Source: Anthoceros angustus
Lineage: Eukaryota > Plantae > Anthocerotophyta
DNA length: 64,000 nucleotides
Direction of reading: 5' to 3'
NCBI GenBank assembly: GCA_010909165.1
Contig: VJWM01000134.1
Location: forward strand, 62,001-126,000
In this document: in pieces, positions 1 through 11,067 of the stretch
Position numbering within the stretch: the first letter of the stretch is position 1
Layout of the letters: the number at the start of each line of letters is the position of its first letter
The notes under the pieces: generated by a model
Databases searched by the model: none
Told to the model about the DNA's origin: nothing
The model's input: only the letters and a program-made list of their open reading frames with translations
Program-made: the position numbers and the translations under genes

Positions 1-1302
1 TGCCACCTGTACCAAGCAGCCATTCCATCTTCATCTCGGGCGCGTGGCGAGGCCTCAAATCTCGAGGTGAAATTTGGGCGGCCTACACTCGAACTTCGGG
101 GTGGGTGTTTCTTACCTTTTCCCTTTGTGGGCGGTGTGGCGGCGGAGGTTTCCTCCCGTGGGAGTACCCGTTCCCGTCCTCACTATCTTTACCTACCTTC
201 ACGCAGGGAGCACACACAAGGATAGCAAAATTGGAGAGATTGGAGTAATCTATCGGGCTAAGAGAGTGGAGCAAAGAGGTGGTGGTTTGGGTGAGATAAC
301 GGCAAGGGGACTTCCGTGCTCCTCGGCAGTCGGCCTCACACCACACGAGGTGGCCTTGGCTCCTTCAATCTCCCTCCAGCGGTTTCGCTACCCTCACGAG
401 TAGCTTCTATCTTGGCTTCTTCCACTCGTGAAGAACCTCCTCCTCCGATATAGGTGTACGAGGAAGGTAGAGACAAAGCGATTCTTGCTCCTCCATCACC
501 AAATGGTTCGGCGCAACCGCCTGTTCATACTAATGGTGGCCCAATCCACCAACTTCCCGGACATCTCATACATCATCATTAAATGGGAATTTCCTGCACG
601 CCTTCCTTGCACAAGACGTTAGTCCCAGCCATATCTTGGCGAATAAATTCCACTTCCTCCTTGAACAAAGAGATCCTCCAGCCATTGCCTTGCGACCATA
701 CTTCCTCCTTTGGTCGTAGGAACATGCTCATAACCTCCTCGGATCGATTCTTGGAGGCTGCAGAATGATCCCTCCCTTGTGGGCTTCGGTATCAAATCGT
801 ATCACGGAAATGCCGTACCTTCCACATCCGGGATGGACTTGATGTCGCATCCTCGAGCCGTCCTTGGTCACTCTCATTCGTCGCACTCACAGACCAAGGG
901 GCTGCAAAGTGCCACCCGGTACCAAGCAGCCATTCCATCTTCATCTCGGGCGCGTGGCGAGGCCTCAAATCTCGAGGTGAAATTTGGGCGGCCTACACTC
1001 GAACTTCGGGGTGGGTGTTTCTTACCTTTTCCCTTTGTGGGCGGTGTGGCGGCGGAGGTTTCCTCCCGTGGGAGTACCCGTTCCCGTCCTCACTATCTTT
1101 ACCATCCTGTGGGAGCACACACAAGGATAGCAAAATTGGAGAGATTGGAGTAATCTATCGGGCTAAGAGAGTGGAGCAAAGAGGTGGTGGTTTGGGTGAG
1201 ATAACGGCAAGGGGACTTCCGTGCTCCTCAACAGTCTGGCCTCCACACCACAAGAGGTGGCCTCGGCTCCCTTCAATCTCCCTCCAGCGGTTTCGCTACC
1301 CT
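1..1302. repeat. ~909-bp tandem duplication (1-393 repeats 910-1302)
   Basis: TGCCACC..ACCAAGCAGCCATTCCATCTTCATCTCGGGCG occurs at 1 and 910. Both copies run to GGTTTCGCTACCCT (393 and 1302) and differ by several substitutions. Confidence 0.9.
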
Positions 1303-1655
1303 TGATCTGTGCTCTTCCCTCAGCGCCTCTCCAACAATTGCTCCTCCGCTCGAGCACCTTCACTCCGCCGCCTGCGGACCCCTCAGACTCCTCTCCGTTT
1401 CTCCCCGCTCCGCCCAATCGCTCTGCGATCGCCCTCAGCTGCTCCTTGCTCGGCTTTCGCTCGCCTCGTCGCTGCGCCCTCGCGCCTTGATTCGCGCTCC
1501 CTCCGGCTGCGCGCTGTCGGCCGGCGCCGCTCACTGCTGCCTTCCTCCTTGACGCAACTCCACTTACTCCCTCGGTAGCCCGCTGCTGAAACTGGCGCCC
1601 GTTCAAAACCACAGCTAACGAGTTTGCGGTACATGCAAATCTGCCTTAATAATGC
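1..1655 (-). mobile_element. Internal 5' region (degenerate accessory ORF) of a Tat-like Ty3/Gypsy LTR retrotransposon
   Basis: Lies directly downstream (minus strand) of a tRNA-Lys PBS and LTR end. Frameshifted minus-strand coding remnants include ...YEMSGKLVDWATISMNRR (~510-575) and the low-complexity ORF 1163-1612. No gag/RT motif is visible in the window. Confidence 0.5.
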
Positions 1656-1673
1656 TCCTCACGATGGGCGCCA
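1656..1673 (-). other. Primer-binding site, tRNA-Lys type
   Basis: Minus strand reads ...AACCGACA cg TGGCGCCCATCGTGAGGA, 15/18 identical to the plant tRNA-Lys(CUU) PBS TGGCGCCCACCGTGGGGC, 2 nt after an LTR-like CA end. Confidence 0.7.
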
Positions 1674-1675
1674 CG

Positions 1676-1986
1676 TGTCGGTTCAAAACTCCTGTAGCCA
1701 TTTTCCATCTACAACTTAACTAGCCCTTTTGGCATATATAGCCATGCAACCTAAATAATTGAAGGCCAAGGAACTTCTTATCCCGAATATTCCTACTCCC
1801 ATGGTCCAAGGAACTTTCCGGAACCTATCATGCCTATATATGCTTCTATCTACCCATACTTCTCGATCAGAACCTCCTACAGTGCGATTGATTAAGTCCG
1901 AACTCCCTCGGACGTCCTACCATCTTCCTACTGTTTCTATCGACCTACCTACACACACTGCACGAACAACTACTACCCAATCTACA
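1676..1986 (-). mobile_element. 5' LTR of the Tat-like element (outer boundary uncertain, 1986-2000)
   Basis: Minus strand ends ...GAACCGACA next to the PBS. Candidate TG starts are TGTAGA at 1986 or TGGGAG at 2000. Confidence 0.45.
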
Positions 1987-3059
1987 GCGTCGGTCTCCCA
2001 CCGTTATGCGGGGTGACCAAAATGCTTCGTTCCGCAGGCGCCGGCCGGCAGGCGCCCATGGGGAGGCATGCATGGGAAGGGCGCCGGCCGACATCCTCTT
2101 TATGGATGCGTATTTTGAAATTCTTCTCTCATGCCACGATTGCACCCATTTTTGAAAAAACCTATGAACTTACTTTCATTAATTAAATCTGTACAATGTG
2201 CAACCGTTCTCGAAGAATATATGGGCATGTTCGGTCCAAAATGTGGAACATAACATTACTTTGAGGTTTGGGCCGTGGTTTTGAGGGGAACTAATCCCAC
2301 TTACTCTATATATTTTAAAATATTTTAAAGCAACAGCTCGATTTGGTTAACTTGTATGGTATTGAAATAGTGTGCATGAAGTACAAGGCCTTTGTGTTCC
2401 CAAGGGCTGGCTCGCTTTGAAGGACTTCGCTACCACCCCTCGGATCGATGTAGTGGAATGCAAATGGAAACATGACCTTGTGACAAGGGCTTGCGATTCG
2501 ATTCTTTTGGTGACAACCATGTGGCGTCAGAAAAATCGAGAATGAAGGTGCTTCAAGAGGGTTCCATTTGCATATCAATGGAATCCGATGTCGTAGATAC
2601 TCTATCACATACGCGAAGGACATTGTCTGCGTGGGAAGTGAGAACGACGATTGGAACTTGACCTAAACCCCAAACTCTCGAGGTATCGGGAAAGGCGCGG
2701 CCGGGCGCCCTTTCCCCGCACCTGTATATGCCCAAAGTGTAGTATACAAGCGACTACTCGGTCTTCTTTTGGTGTTTTACATAGTGCCTTAGTTGAAGGC
2801 AATATTTATGTGCGAATAATCGCCAAGAATGGTCAACCACGTGGGTTCAATTATGCGGAAATCGATGTGTTGTGGAAAGCCTAAACCCTTCACATGCCTC
2901 ACCTGCTCATGAAAACAATGCAACCAATGGTGTGACACCATGATTTTGTGATAAATTTTAGAGCATGCCATGAGCTAGTTTTAGACCCATCGTAAAACCC
3001 TCTTCAAGGATAAAAGCCAGGTAAACCCCCACTGCATATTCCCCCTTGCAAAATTATCG

Positions 3060-4952
3060 TGTTCCGGCGGTCACCCCAAGCGCCCCCTAATCCCTTCCGG
3101 TTGCTTCCGTTGGAGAAGTAGCTGTACCTGCAACCCAGCCTGACCTTCGGCCTCGAGGTTAGTCTTAATCTGGAAATCACCCTCGAGCACCTCCTCGGCT
3201 CGAGTCCGACCCCGTCCGCACCCATCAGCGTGTTGGCGGAGCTCGTCACGAGCTCTCAACACATCCCTCTACCACCAATTAATCACCTTGCGGTGGCGAA
3301 CACACTCGGCTCCTCGAACACGGGAGGCAAGAGCACACGGAGTGCGAAGATGGTACCCGGAAAAGTCTCCCCTCTTGGGCGCCGGGCCTCCCTTTATATC
3401 CCTAACACCCTAATCTAACCCACCTATGTATGTACTTTAACCCTGGATCGTGGTAACCCTCGGCCGGACTTACTCCGTCGAACGCCGCTCGGCCGGACTT
3501 ACTCCGTCGAACGCCGCTCGGCCGGACTTTCTCCGTCGAGCAGCACTCGGCCGGACTTACTCGTCGCGCCGCTGGCGGACTTACTCCGTCGAGCCGCTCG
3601 GCGGACTTACTCCGTCGAGCCGCTCGGCGGACTTCCGTCGAGCGCCGCCGACTTACTCCGTCGAGCGCCTCGGCGGACTTACTCCGTCAACGCCGCTCGG
3701 CGGACTTACTCCGTCGAACGCCGCTCGGCGGACTTTCTCCGTCGAGCGCCGCTCGGCGGACTTACTCCGTCGACGCGCTCGGCGGACTTTCTCCGTCGAA
3801 CGCCGCTTCGGCGGACTTATTTCGTCAACGCCGCTGCCGATTTTATTTTCCGTCAACGCGCTGCCGGACTTCATTTCGTCGAACGCTCGGCGGATTTCTT
3901 ACTCCGTCGAGCGCGCTCGCCGGACTTATTTCGTCAACGCCGCTGCCGGACTTACTCACAACGCCGCTGCCGGACTTCCGTCGACGCGCTCGGCCGGACT
4001 TATTTCGTCAACGCCGCTCGGCCGGACTTACGTCGAACGCCGCCGGCCGACTTACTCCGTAACGCCGCTGCCGGCGATTTTGGCCGAACGCCGCTCGGCG
4101 GACTTACTCCGTCGAGCCGCTCGGCGGACTCCTCACAACGCCGCTGCGGCGGACTTACTCCGTCGAGCGCCGCCACGGACTTACTCCGTCGAGCGCTCGG
4201 CGGACTTACTTCGACGCCGCTCGGCGGACTTACTCCGTCGACGCCGCTCGGCGGACTTACTCGTCGGCTTCGCTCGGCGGACTTACTCCGTCGACGCCGC
4301 TCGGCCGGACTTACTCGTCGAACGCCGCTCGGCGGACTTACTCCGTCGAGCCGCTCGGCGGACTTACTCCGTCGAGCGCCGCTCGGCCGGACTTACTCCG
4401 TCGAACGCCGCTTCGGCGGACTTCCGTCGAGCGCTCGGCGGACTTACTCCGTCGGCTTCGGCGGACTTACTCCGTCGAGCGCCGCTCGGCGGACTTACTC
4501 GTCGAGCGCCGCTCGGCGGACTTACTCGTCGACGCCGCTCGGCCGGACTTACTCCGTCGAGCGCCGCTCGGCGGACTTACCGTCGAACGCCGCTCGGCGG
4601 ACTTACTCCGTCGAGCACGCTTCGGCGGACTTACTCCGTCGAACGCCGCTCGGCCGGACTTACTCCGTCGAACGCCGCTCGGCCGGACTTACTCCGTCGA
4701 ACGCCGCTCTAACGGACCATATCTTCCCCTTCGCCTGGTCACCCCATCCCGACGGAACAGTCCAGCACCCATCGGACCTGTTCGCGCCCTAACGGACCCA
4801 GGGTTTAGGGATTGCACTCTAAGCGCAATCTAACCAAAACGGCCTTATTGGCTAACTCCTCCCTATCCCTCTTATCAGTAATGACCCGAAAAAAACAAAA
4901 CAAACCTAAAACAAGTCGCCAGGAGTACGGACATCAGATTTGGCACTCCACA
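3060..4952 (-). mobile_element. Probable 3' LTR of a second retrotransposon, containing the minisatellite
   Basis: Minus strand shows purine tract GAGAAGGGGAG-TA (4966-4953), then TGTGGAG..., a TATA-like GATATAAAGGGAGG (~3399-3388) and a candidate end ...CCGCCGGAACA at 3060. There is no second LTR or TSD to confirm it. Confidence 0.4.
3460..4710. repeat. GC/CpG-rich minisatellite, 28-29-bp unit (GGCCGGACTTACTCCGTCGAACGCCGCTC), ~43-45 copies
   Basis: Unit starts at 3462, 3491 and 3520. The central part (~3820-4150) is more degenerate, with a variant TTATTTCGTCAACGCCGCTGCCGG. Confidence 0.97.
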
Positions 4953-5778
4953 TACTCCCCTTCTCATCTGTTGGCGGCCTCGCCAACACCCCGGGCAATA
5001 CTCCACTCCTCCCGTCGGACTCTCCCCTTCTCAGCTTTTACTACCTCCTCAAGTGTCGCCGCAAGTCCTAAGAACATTGGCATTTTTTTTAGCGGCGAGT
5101 TGATGTGCCGTGCCCCTCTTCTTTCTCCCTTTGAGCATGCTAGGCCTCCCGCTAGATTGGCACCCTCGGCGTCCGGTCCTGTGCATCCTCCCTACTTCTA
5201 TATACTCCACAAACTGTCCAAAACCCCTCAATAGTGTTGGGTTTAAATAAATTAAGACTTCCTTCTCACAAGGGGTTTTGAACTTTCTTTCATACCATAA
5301 TGCACTCCAAGGGGGTTTGCACGGGCATAAAGAGTTTGGCTGAGATAAGAGGTATCGGATTCATGAGACTGCCTCTCGAGATTGGATGATAAGCATTGGA
5401 GAGGTATCATATTCATGAGACTGCCTCTCGATATTGGGTGATAAGCACTAGATCGATCAATTCTTTTTTAATCAATATAGCTAGACATTTTCGTAGTCAT
5501 AATTTTATATTCATAACTAGGTAATAGATGATTGATCCTGTCTTGGCAGCCCAAGTTGCGAGTCAATATCGAATCGAACAAGCCTTAGAATACTAATAAC
5601 TTCATTTCCTAACACCGAATGAAAAGAGTAAATACTATCTATGGATATGTCCTGGTTGCACATCGTCTACAACCAACGAGAACGCATGGAGAGAAAAAAA
5701 CGACAGGGGATGAGTTACCCAAACCCCTTGATAACGAATCGGGCCGGTGGCATCGGCAACAGTGAAACATGTCTCATG

Positions 5779-6300
5779 TTTTGGTTTGACACAAGTGGGC
5801 TCCTGGACCAACTCCAGTCTTCTAGTGGACACGCGGATGAGAAGCAACCAAAGCCGCCTCGAGGCGGCTCGTCAAGGGGCTCGTTATCTTTCACACATAC
5901 ACTGTTGAGCGCCGTCTCTTGGAAATGATGGGAATGCTCATAGCCTTCTTTAGGAAAATCGGCTTTTGAACAACTCTGAAAGGTAGGCACAAACCAAATG
6001 CATGCCATGGCAGCCAAGTTGTTTATTCTAGGCCATGTCGCACTTTTATACCTCGAGTGCACATGTTCCGAGACACAACGTATCCCTTTCATCTTCGATC
6101 TGCAAGAGGGCAGGTACTTCCCTAATGCAACTCATTACATGATGCTTACAGGCAGAATTTGACCAAGCTTTTGCCTCTCCACCTAACAGTACAAGTACGC
6201 AAGCCATGGGTACGCTCCCTCCCCATCTCAGTCGACTCATTTCATTTGACTGACCCAGTCTCCCCCGCCGCCCACTGACTGCAGCGGACATATAAGCTCG
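5779..6300 (+). promoter_or_regulatory. TLP-A proximal promoter: TATA box and W-boxes (repeated in each unit)
   Basis: TATAA at 6291 (27471, 42736 and 58253 in the other units). W-boxes TTGACC at 6159-6164 and TTGACT(GACC) at 6246-6255. (AGAAGC)n follows the TATA box. Confidence 0.6.
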
Positions 6301-6453
6301 CCGTAGAAGCAGAAGCAGAAGCAGTAATCACACACCGTCTTCCGGGCTCTCATCTCCACTGCACTGCCCACTACTCCGATCCTTAAGCTCACAGCTAGCG
6401 CATGCTCTGGACTCCTGCGCAGCCTCCACAGACCTGTCTGCTTCTATTACAAG

Positions 6454-7244
6454 ATGGCCAGCTTCAACGCAGCGTGGGTTCTTCTGTCGGCGCTGGTGGC
6501 AGCCAGCAGCCTGATGGCCGCCGTGCAAGGTGAATCCAGCGCGCGTTCAACACACTGCATTGCATCGATTACTAGCTATAGCCTTGCTTCCTGCTGAATG
6601 ATGAAGCATAGCTGTGATCGTGAACTCTCGAGATTGAGCAGAACGTTTGTGTGGAATGGTGGGTCAAACTGCAGGTGCTACGTGCAGATACAGAACCACT
6701 GCCCCTACCCCGTCACCAGCTGCGCGCAATCCAGAGCCGACCCCATCGCGCAGTTCCAGCTGGCCTCGGGCCAGTCGCAGACCCTGGACTTCGGCTCCGC
6801 CTGCAGCTGGCCGTCGGCCACGATATGGGCGTCGGTGCGAGGGCAGTGCGTTGCGCCCGGGGAACCCTGCCGCCGCCAACGATAAGAACCTGGCCGATCT
6901 GGCGGAATTCAACCTGGCCAGCCCACCGACTTCTACGATGTCAGCAACGTGAACGCCTACACCATCGGCCTCAAGATCCAGCCGTTGCCAGCAGCTGCGG
7001 CGCACCTTCCTGCTCCATCCCGACATCCGCTCCTTCTGCGGCGCCAACAACCAGCTGCTGAGCCTGCCCCTCCGGGGCGCTCTCCTGCATCAACACCGAC
7101 GGCACTGCCGGCCGAGGCCCCTCGGACGGCACCCGCCTGTTCAAGGCCGCCTGCCCCTCCTCCTACAGCTACAACTACGACGACGCCACCTCCACCTTCA
7201 CTTGCCCCCACGGCACCAACTACAATGTCATCTTCTGTCCCTGA
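6454..7244 (+). CDS. Thaumatin-like protein (PR-5 family), TLP-A1; 2 exons (6454-6529, ~6675-7244); homopolymer frameshifts as assembled
   Basis: Signal peptide [26 protein letters not shown] with a phase-1 GT..AG intron. Motifs [17 protein letters not shown] and [35 protein letters not shown]. Confidence 0.93.
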
Positions 7245-7429
7245 TCGATTTCTGTGGCTCTCGCGCACATACCTGCTCCTGGGCAAGGATTTGATCCACA
7301 CGTACGGAGACATGTAGTATGTGGTTTCGTAAAGAGTTCACGACTTGTGAACATTGGCTGGTAGCAGGGCAGTGTAGATTGGGAAATCAATTTGGACATA
7401 CACGGTCATTGTGTGCCATCATCTGTAGC

Positions 7430-8620
7430 AAACAATCGCATGCAAGCATGTCTTCCCAGGTCACATTTCCATGATTCCGCCAGACCCCAGCAGTGATGCA
7501 CACCAAACTGCTCAGCCAGGTTGAACCGGCATGGCCAAGAGCATGGCTTCTGCTTTGCTAGCGCTGAAGAGTCCATCCCTGCCAAAAGGTTGGTCAATCA
7601 TGCAGCTAGAATAATGGCTGAAGTCCCTCTCCCCATAGGAGGGAAGTACTTTGAAGCATTCAAAGTACTTCACTCCTTCCTAACATTCGAGTTTGGCTGC
7701 AGGCAGGCAAAAGCATAGGGTAAAGAACTGTGTTGGCCACAAAGATGCTGCCACTGGTTGGACACCTTCCTTCTGCTTTGTTGCATACAGTTCTAACGCC
7801 TTTTCCCTTATTCCTGCTCCATAGAGCAACCTAGGATTGCATTCCATGTTACCACATCCGAGGTCAGGTACAACAATCCTGTGCAACAACAACAGCAGTG
7901 CGGCTCCACTCCTCATTCCCACAGCCCGCTAAATCAACGCAGTGTACAGTTGTGTCGGCGTGGACACCATCCCGACACGAAGCGAAAATACATGAAGCGC
8001 TCGTTGAGAAAGCTTCAGTGCAGCAGAGCGCGTTCTCATGTGAATGTCGAGGTCACAAGTTTTGAAGATCAAAAAGTTTGGAAGAGGCTCTGCGCTTATG
8101 CTGGTTTTCATCTGTCGCTTCAAGGAACCAACATGTCCGAAAGAAGGAGGTGAGGATAAACCCTGAGCCCGCTCTCTGTTGCAGTTCATGGATCTCTGGT
8201 ACGGAATCCCAGCATTGGCAAAGATTTGGGACATGAGCATGTATGGTGAAGCTTCCAGTGGCTGCAAGTGCGCCAGGCAGTCAAATGGATGTCTTCCCAG
8301 GCCACATTTCCATGAATTCGGCAGACCCCAGCAGGGACGACCAAACTGCACAGTCAGGCTGAATCGGCATGCCCAAGAGCAGCGCTTCTGCTTTGCTAGC
8401 CTGAAGACTCCGTCCCTGCCAAAAGAGGTCGGTCAATCAAGCTAGAATATTGGTTACTTGGGGCTGTAAATGGCTTTAGTCCTCTCCATAGCAATACTTT
8501 TGGCAGCAAGCTACTTCCTCCTGCCTACAACATTCCATTATGGCTGCAGGCAGACAGAAGGAAAGAATTGTGTCGGCTTCCTCATGCAACCAGATGCAGG
8601 AAACGCTGCAACGCACAAAC
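7430..8620 (-). pseudogene. Two tandem PLS-class PPR fragments (P2-L2-S2-E, then L2-S2-E)
   Basis: Across frameshifts: DVVTWNAILG, EKALELYATKQKEGVQP, HYSSCMID..GRDG, SKAEALLLGMPIQPDCAVWSSLLGS and LQPLEASPYMLMSQIFANAG. Direct-repeat cores lie at ~7549 and ~8387. Confidence 0.82.
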
Positions 8621-8868
8621 ATCCAGCTTGGCCAGCTGAAACCGTACAACCTGGTGCCAAGAATCCGGGGCCACAACACTACGGTGGTTAAGATTCTGGA
8701 AACAGGGAAATCACAACACTACGGTTGTGCTGAGAGTTCAGCAATCCTAAGTTCACAACACTACAGTAGTTAAGATTCTACGGTAGTCAAAATTCTGCAT
8801 GGGCAGGCGAGTGACCAGATGGAACCACAAGTCCTGTTCCTTTGTGATGGGGCTTCCTGAATTTCACC

Positions 8869-11067
8869 TCAGGCTGGCTGGAACGGGCGAGGACTTATTA
8901 TTATTATGGACTCCTCCTTGAAAATGGCTGTTCTCTCAGCAAATCCTGTGAGTTCCTTGTCAGAGACGCCGGCTCGTCTGTCAAGGAGCTCTGCCTCTGC
9001 CTTCGCAAGAGCTCTGGGCTGCAAAGGGATCCTACACATTTGCGTGTGGGGACCTCAATTGCTGCTGCAACCAGCAGTCCTAAACTAGAGGCTACTAGGA
9101 CGATAATAAAAGGTGGCCAGTCATACTGGTCGAAGAATACCTGTGGCAGGAAGGGCAAGCATCACAAGTTGGGACACGGACTTGTTGGTGAAAGTATGGG
9201 AGTAGAGCTTGCAGAGATACCAGATGCAAGGATTTGGACACGCTAGTGTGCCATCCGTTGCTGCGGATGGCTGCATACACAATCACAGATATGAGTCCAG
9301 ACAAGCAACCGCTAAGGGTTGACATGGGTGTCACTATGCGCTCAGCCCAGTAGCCGGTGAACAGCCCTGACATTATGGGGAGTGCGGATGTGGTTGTCAC
9401 GATGTTGCTCATGAGGAACAGGCTGTTGATATTGTAGCCCTGGGCAAAGGGTGTACACGATAGGAGTCAGTGTTTGTCATCACTTCACCAACAGATCCAA
9501 CAAGCAATGGCATGGTTTGCCTACCCTGCGTGATACCACGAGGCATGGAACCGTTACAACAACCATCAACAGACGGCTCCACATAACGGACTGGTTTCGC
9601 AGAAACACGTCCGCAATGCAGTTTGTGAGCATTTTGTAGAGAATCTCCAGCTGAGTCGCTCGTATAGTGACCCATACCATACCATCTGCAAGTGGACCAC
9701 AAATAAGCTGGGGTTGTGCAATGCACACAAACAAACATGTATATGTTGAGACTACAGACACCAGGTAATGGCGACAGGGACAGTGCCACACCTGGACTCC
9801 ATCGCTGTTCGTAAGCAACGTGAAGAAAATGGTGTTGCCGCACTCATCTGGTCCAGAAGGCACAAACTTCCCAGACCAGGCTGCGATGTACCCACCGAAT
9901 CCAAAAGGAAGCACACAAGAATCACCTAGTACACGGAGCATGAGCCTTTTAAGTGTTCCTGCTTAACCACATTGCCTTTTTCAACCCCAACATCAGATTA
10001 ACATACAAGAGGACATTCATTACCTGGCAAGCTCCCAGAAAGCACCCTGCTTCAACTTTCGGTCGCTGACAGATGCCATATCGCCTCACTGAACGACGAG
10101 GCGGATATCAGGAGATCGGCATAGTGGCAATCGAGGCATACCCTGCACAGTCAGCACGATATGATGGATTATACAGTCTTCCCTGCCGAGAAAGCAAGCC
10201 TTGCTGGCAAGCACACAGAGATTGTGTCCACAAATCGCTTCGCTGAAGAGCAGTTCCGGAGTCAGCGTCCTCCAGCATGTTCAGAATTGGATCCTACAAC
10301 TAGTTCCAAGTGCACCAGACACCGCTATCGTACCTTCCTGACGAAGTCTGTGAAAGACATGACGTTCGGCAGCCTCCTGGTGATGTGGGCGCCAAAGAAA
10401 CCCTGCAACAGAATGGGCAGGCCACAACCCACGGCGTAGCACACAAGCCCCACAATCCCTGCCTCACAGTTGAGCCATGAGTTCATGCTGATCATAGCAG
10501 AGATGAGCAGGCTTTCCTAGCCCCAGCACGCCCGCCACATCCAACCACTCACTCACCATATGCGTAAGCGTAGGATGGGAGGGAGAAAATTGCCCATGGC
10601 CCCATCGCTGCAGCGTAGAAAGAGCCGGCAATCCTGAAAGCTCCAGCTGTTCCCCGTGCTGTCAAGAAGAATTCAGTGGTGTCCTTGCCCTGCATCCACC
10701 AGCCCAAGCGGGACCCTGGTCAGTCACACAGCCAGCCCTTCATGACCTTGCTGGAACCAGACCCGGGCCCGAAACCCACCTCCATCACCTTCCGCTCCTG
10801 CCTGATGATAGCAAACACGAGAGCAAACACCCCGAAGCCCGTTACGGCCACAGAGCACAATACGTAGCTCCACAGAGCAAGCGCGGAAGCCATGGCCACC
10901 CCAGCAAGCGCCTGGCTTGCTGGGACCTCCTGCCATGCTCGGGAAAACGAGAGAGGCAGCTCTTCGTCCATTCCCGCCAGTTCGTATGCGTCAATTCCGA
11001 TTGAAGTTAGCCCTCGCCGCCAAAATCTTGCGCTACGTTGGGGACGTGCAAAAGTGGGTAGATTCAC
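8869..11067 (-). pseudogene. Sodium:solute symporter (SSS/SLC5-like) gene, multi-exon, apparently internally deleted
   Basis: Exons give EFFLTARG; GIVGLVCYAVGCGLPILLQGFFGAHITRRLPNVMSFTDFVRK; ISASSFSEAIW; PFGFGGYIAAWSG..GNTIFFTLL; DSLQNALTNCIADVFLRN..WSRLLMVVVTVP; GYNINSLFLMSNIVTTTSALPIMSGL. The 5' start is approximate. Confidence 0.75.

Noticed and set aside
2010-3077. TIR DNA transposon bounded by GGGGTGACC / GGTCACCCC
   Set aside because: Only 9 bp match, there is no target-site duplication, the motif recurs at ~4737, and no transposase motif could be read reliably. The segment is left unassigned.
3460-4710. CRISPR array
   Set aside because: The units are contiguous with no unique spacers, there are no cas genes, and the context is eukaryotic.
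3450-4712. 420-aa ORF
   Set aside because: It is the translation of the 29-bp minisatellite, whose unit has no stop codon in any + frame. It starts with GTG and has no domain content.
4801-4810. Interstitial telomere (GGGTTTAGGG, scattered CCCTAA)
   Set aside because: Only isolated single motifs, which are common in plant LTRs.
6646-7317. Long antisense and alternative-frame ORFs over TLP exons (also at 34413-35069, 58540-59980)
   Set aside because: They are shadows of GC-rich TLP codon usage and of the frameshifts.
7430-8620. Functional RNA-editing PPR gene
   Set aside because: Only terminal motifs are present, with in-frame stops shared by all units, no long PLS array and no DYW domain.
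8672-8800. CRISPR-like triple repeat CACAACACTAC(G/A)GT at ~40-bp spacing (8672, 8712, 8754)
   Set aside because: Only three copies, the intervening sequences are partly related (GTTAAGATTCT), and it is copied unchanged in every unit. It is a decayed tandem repeat.
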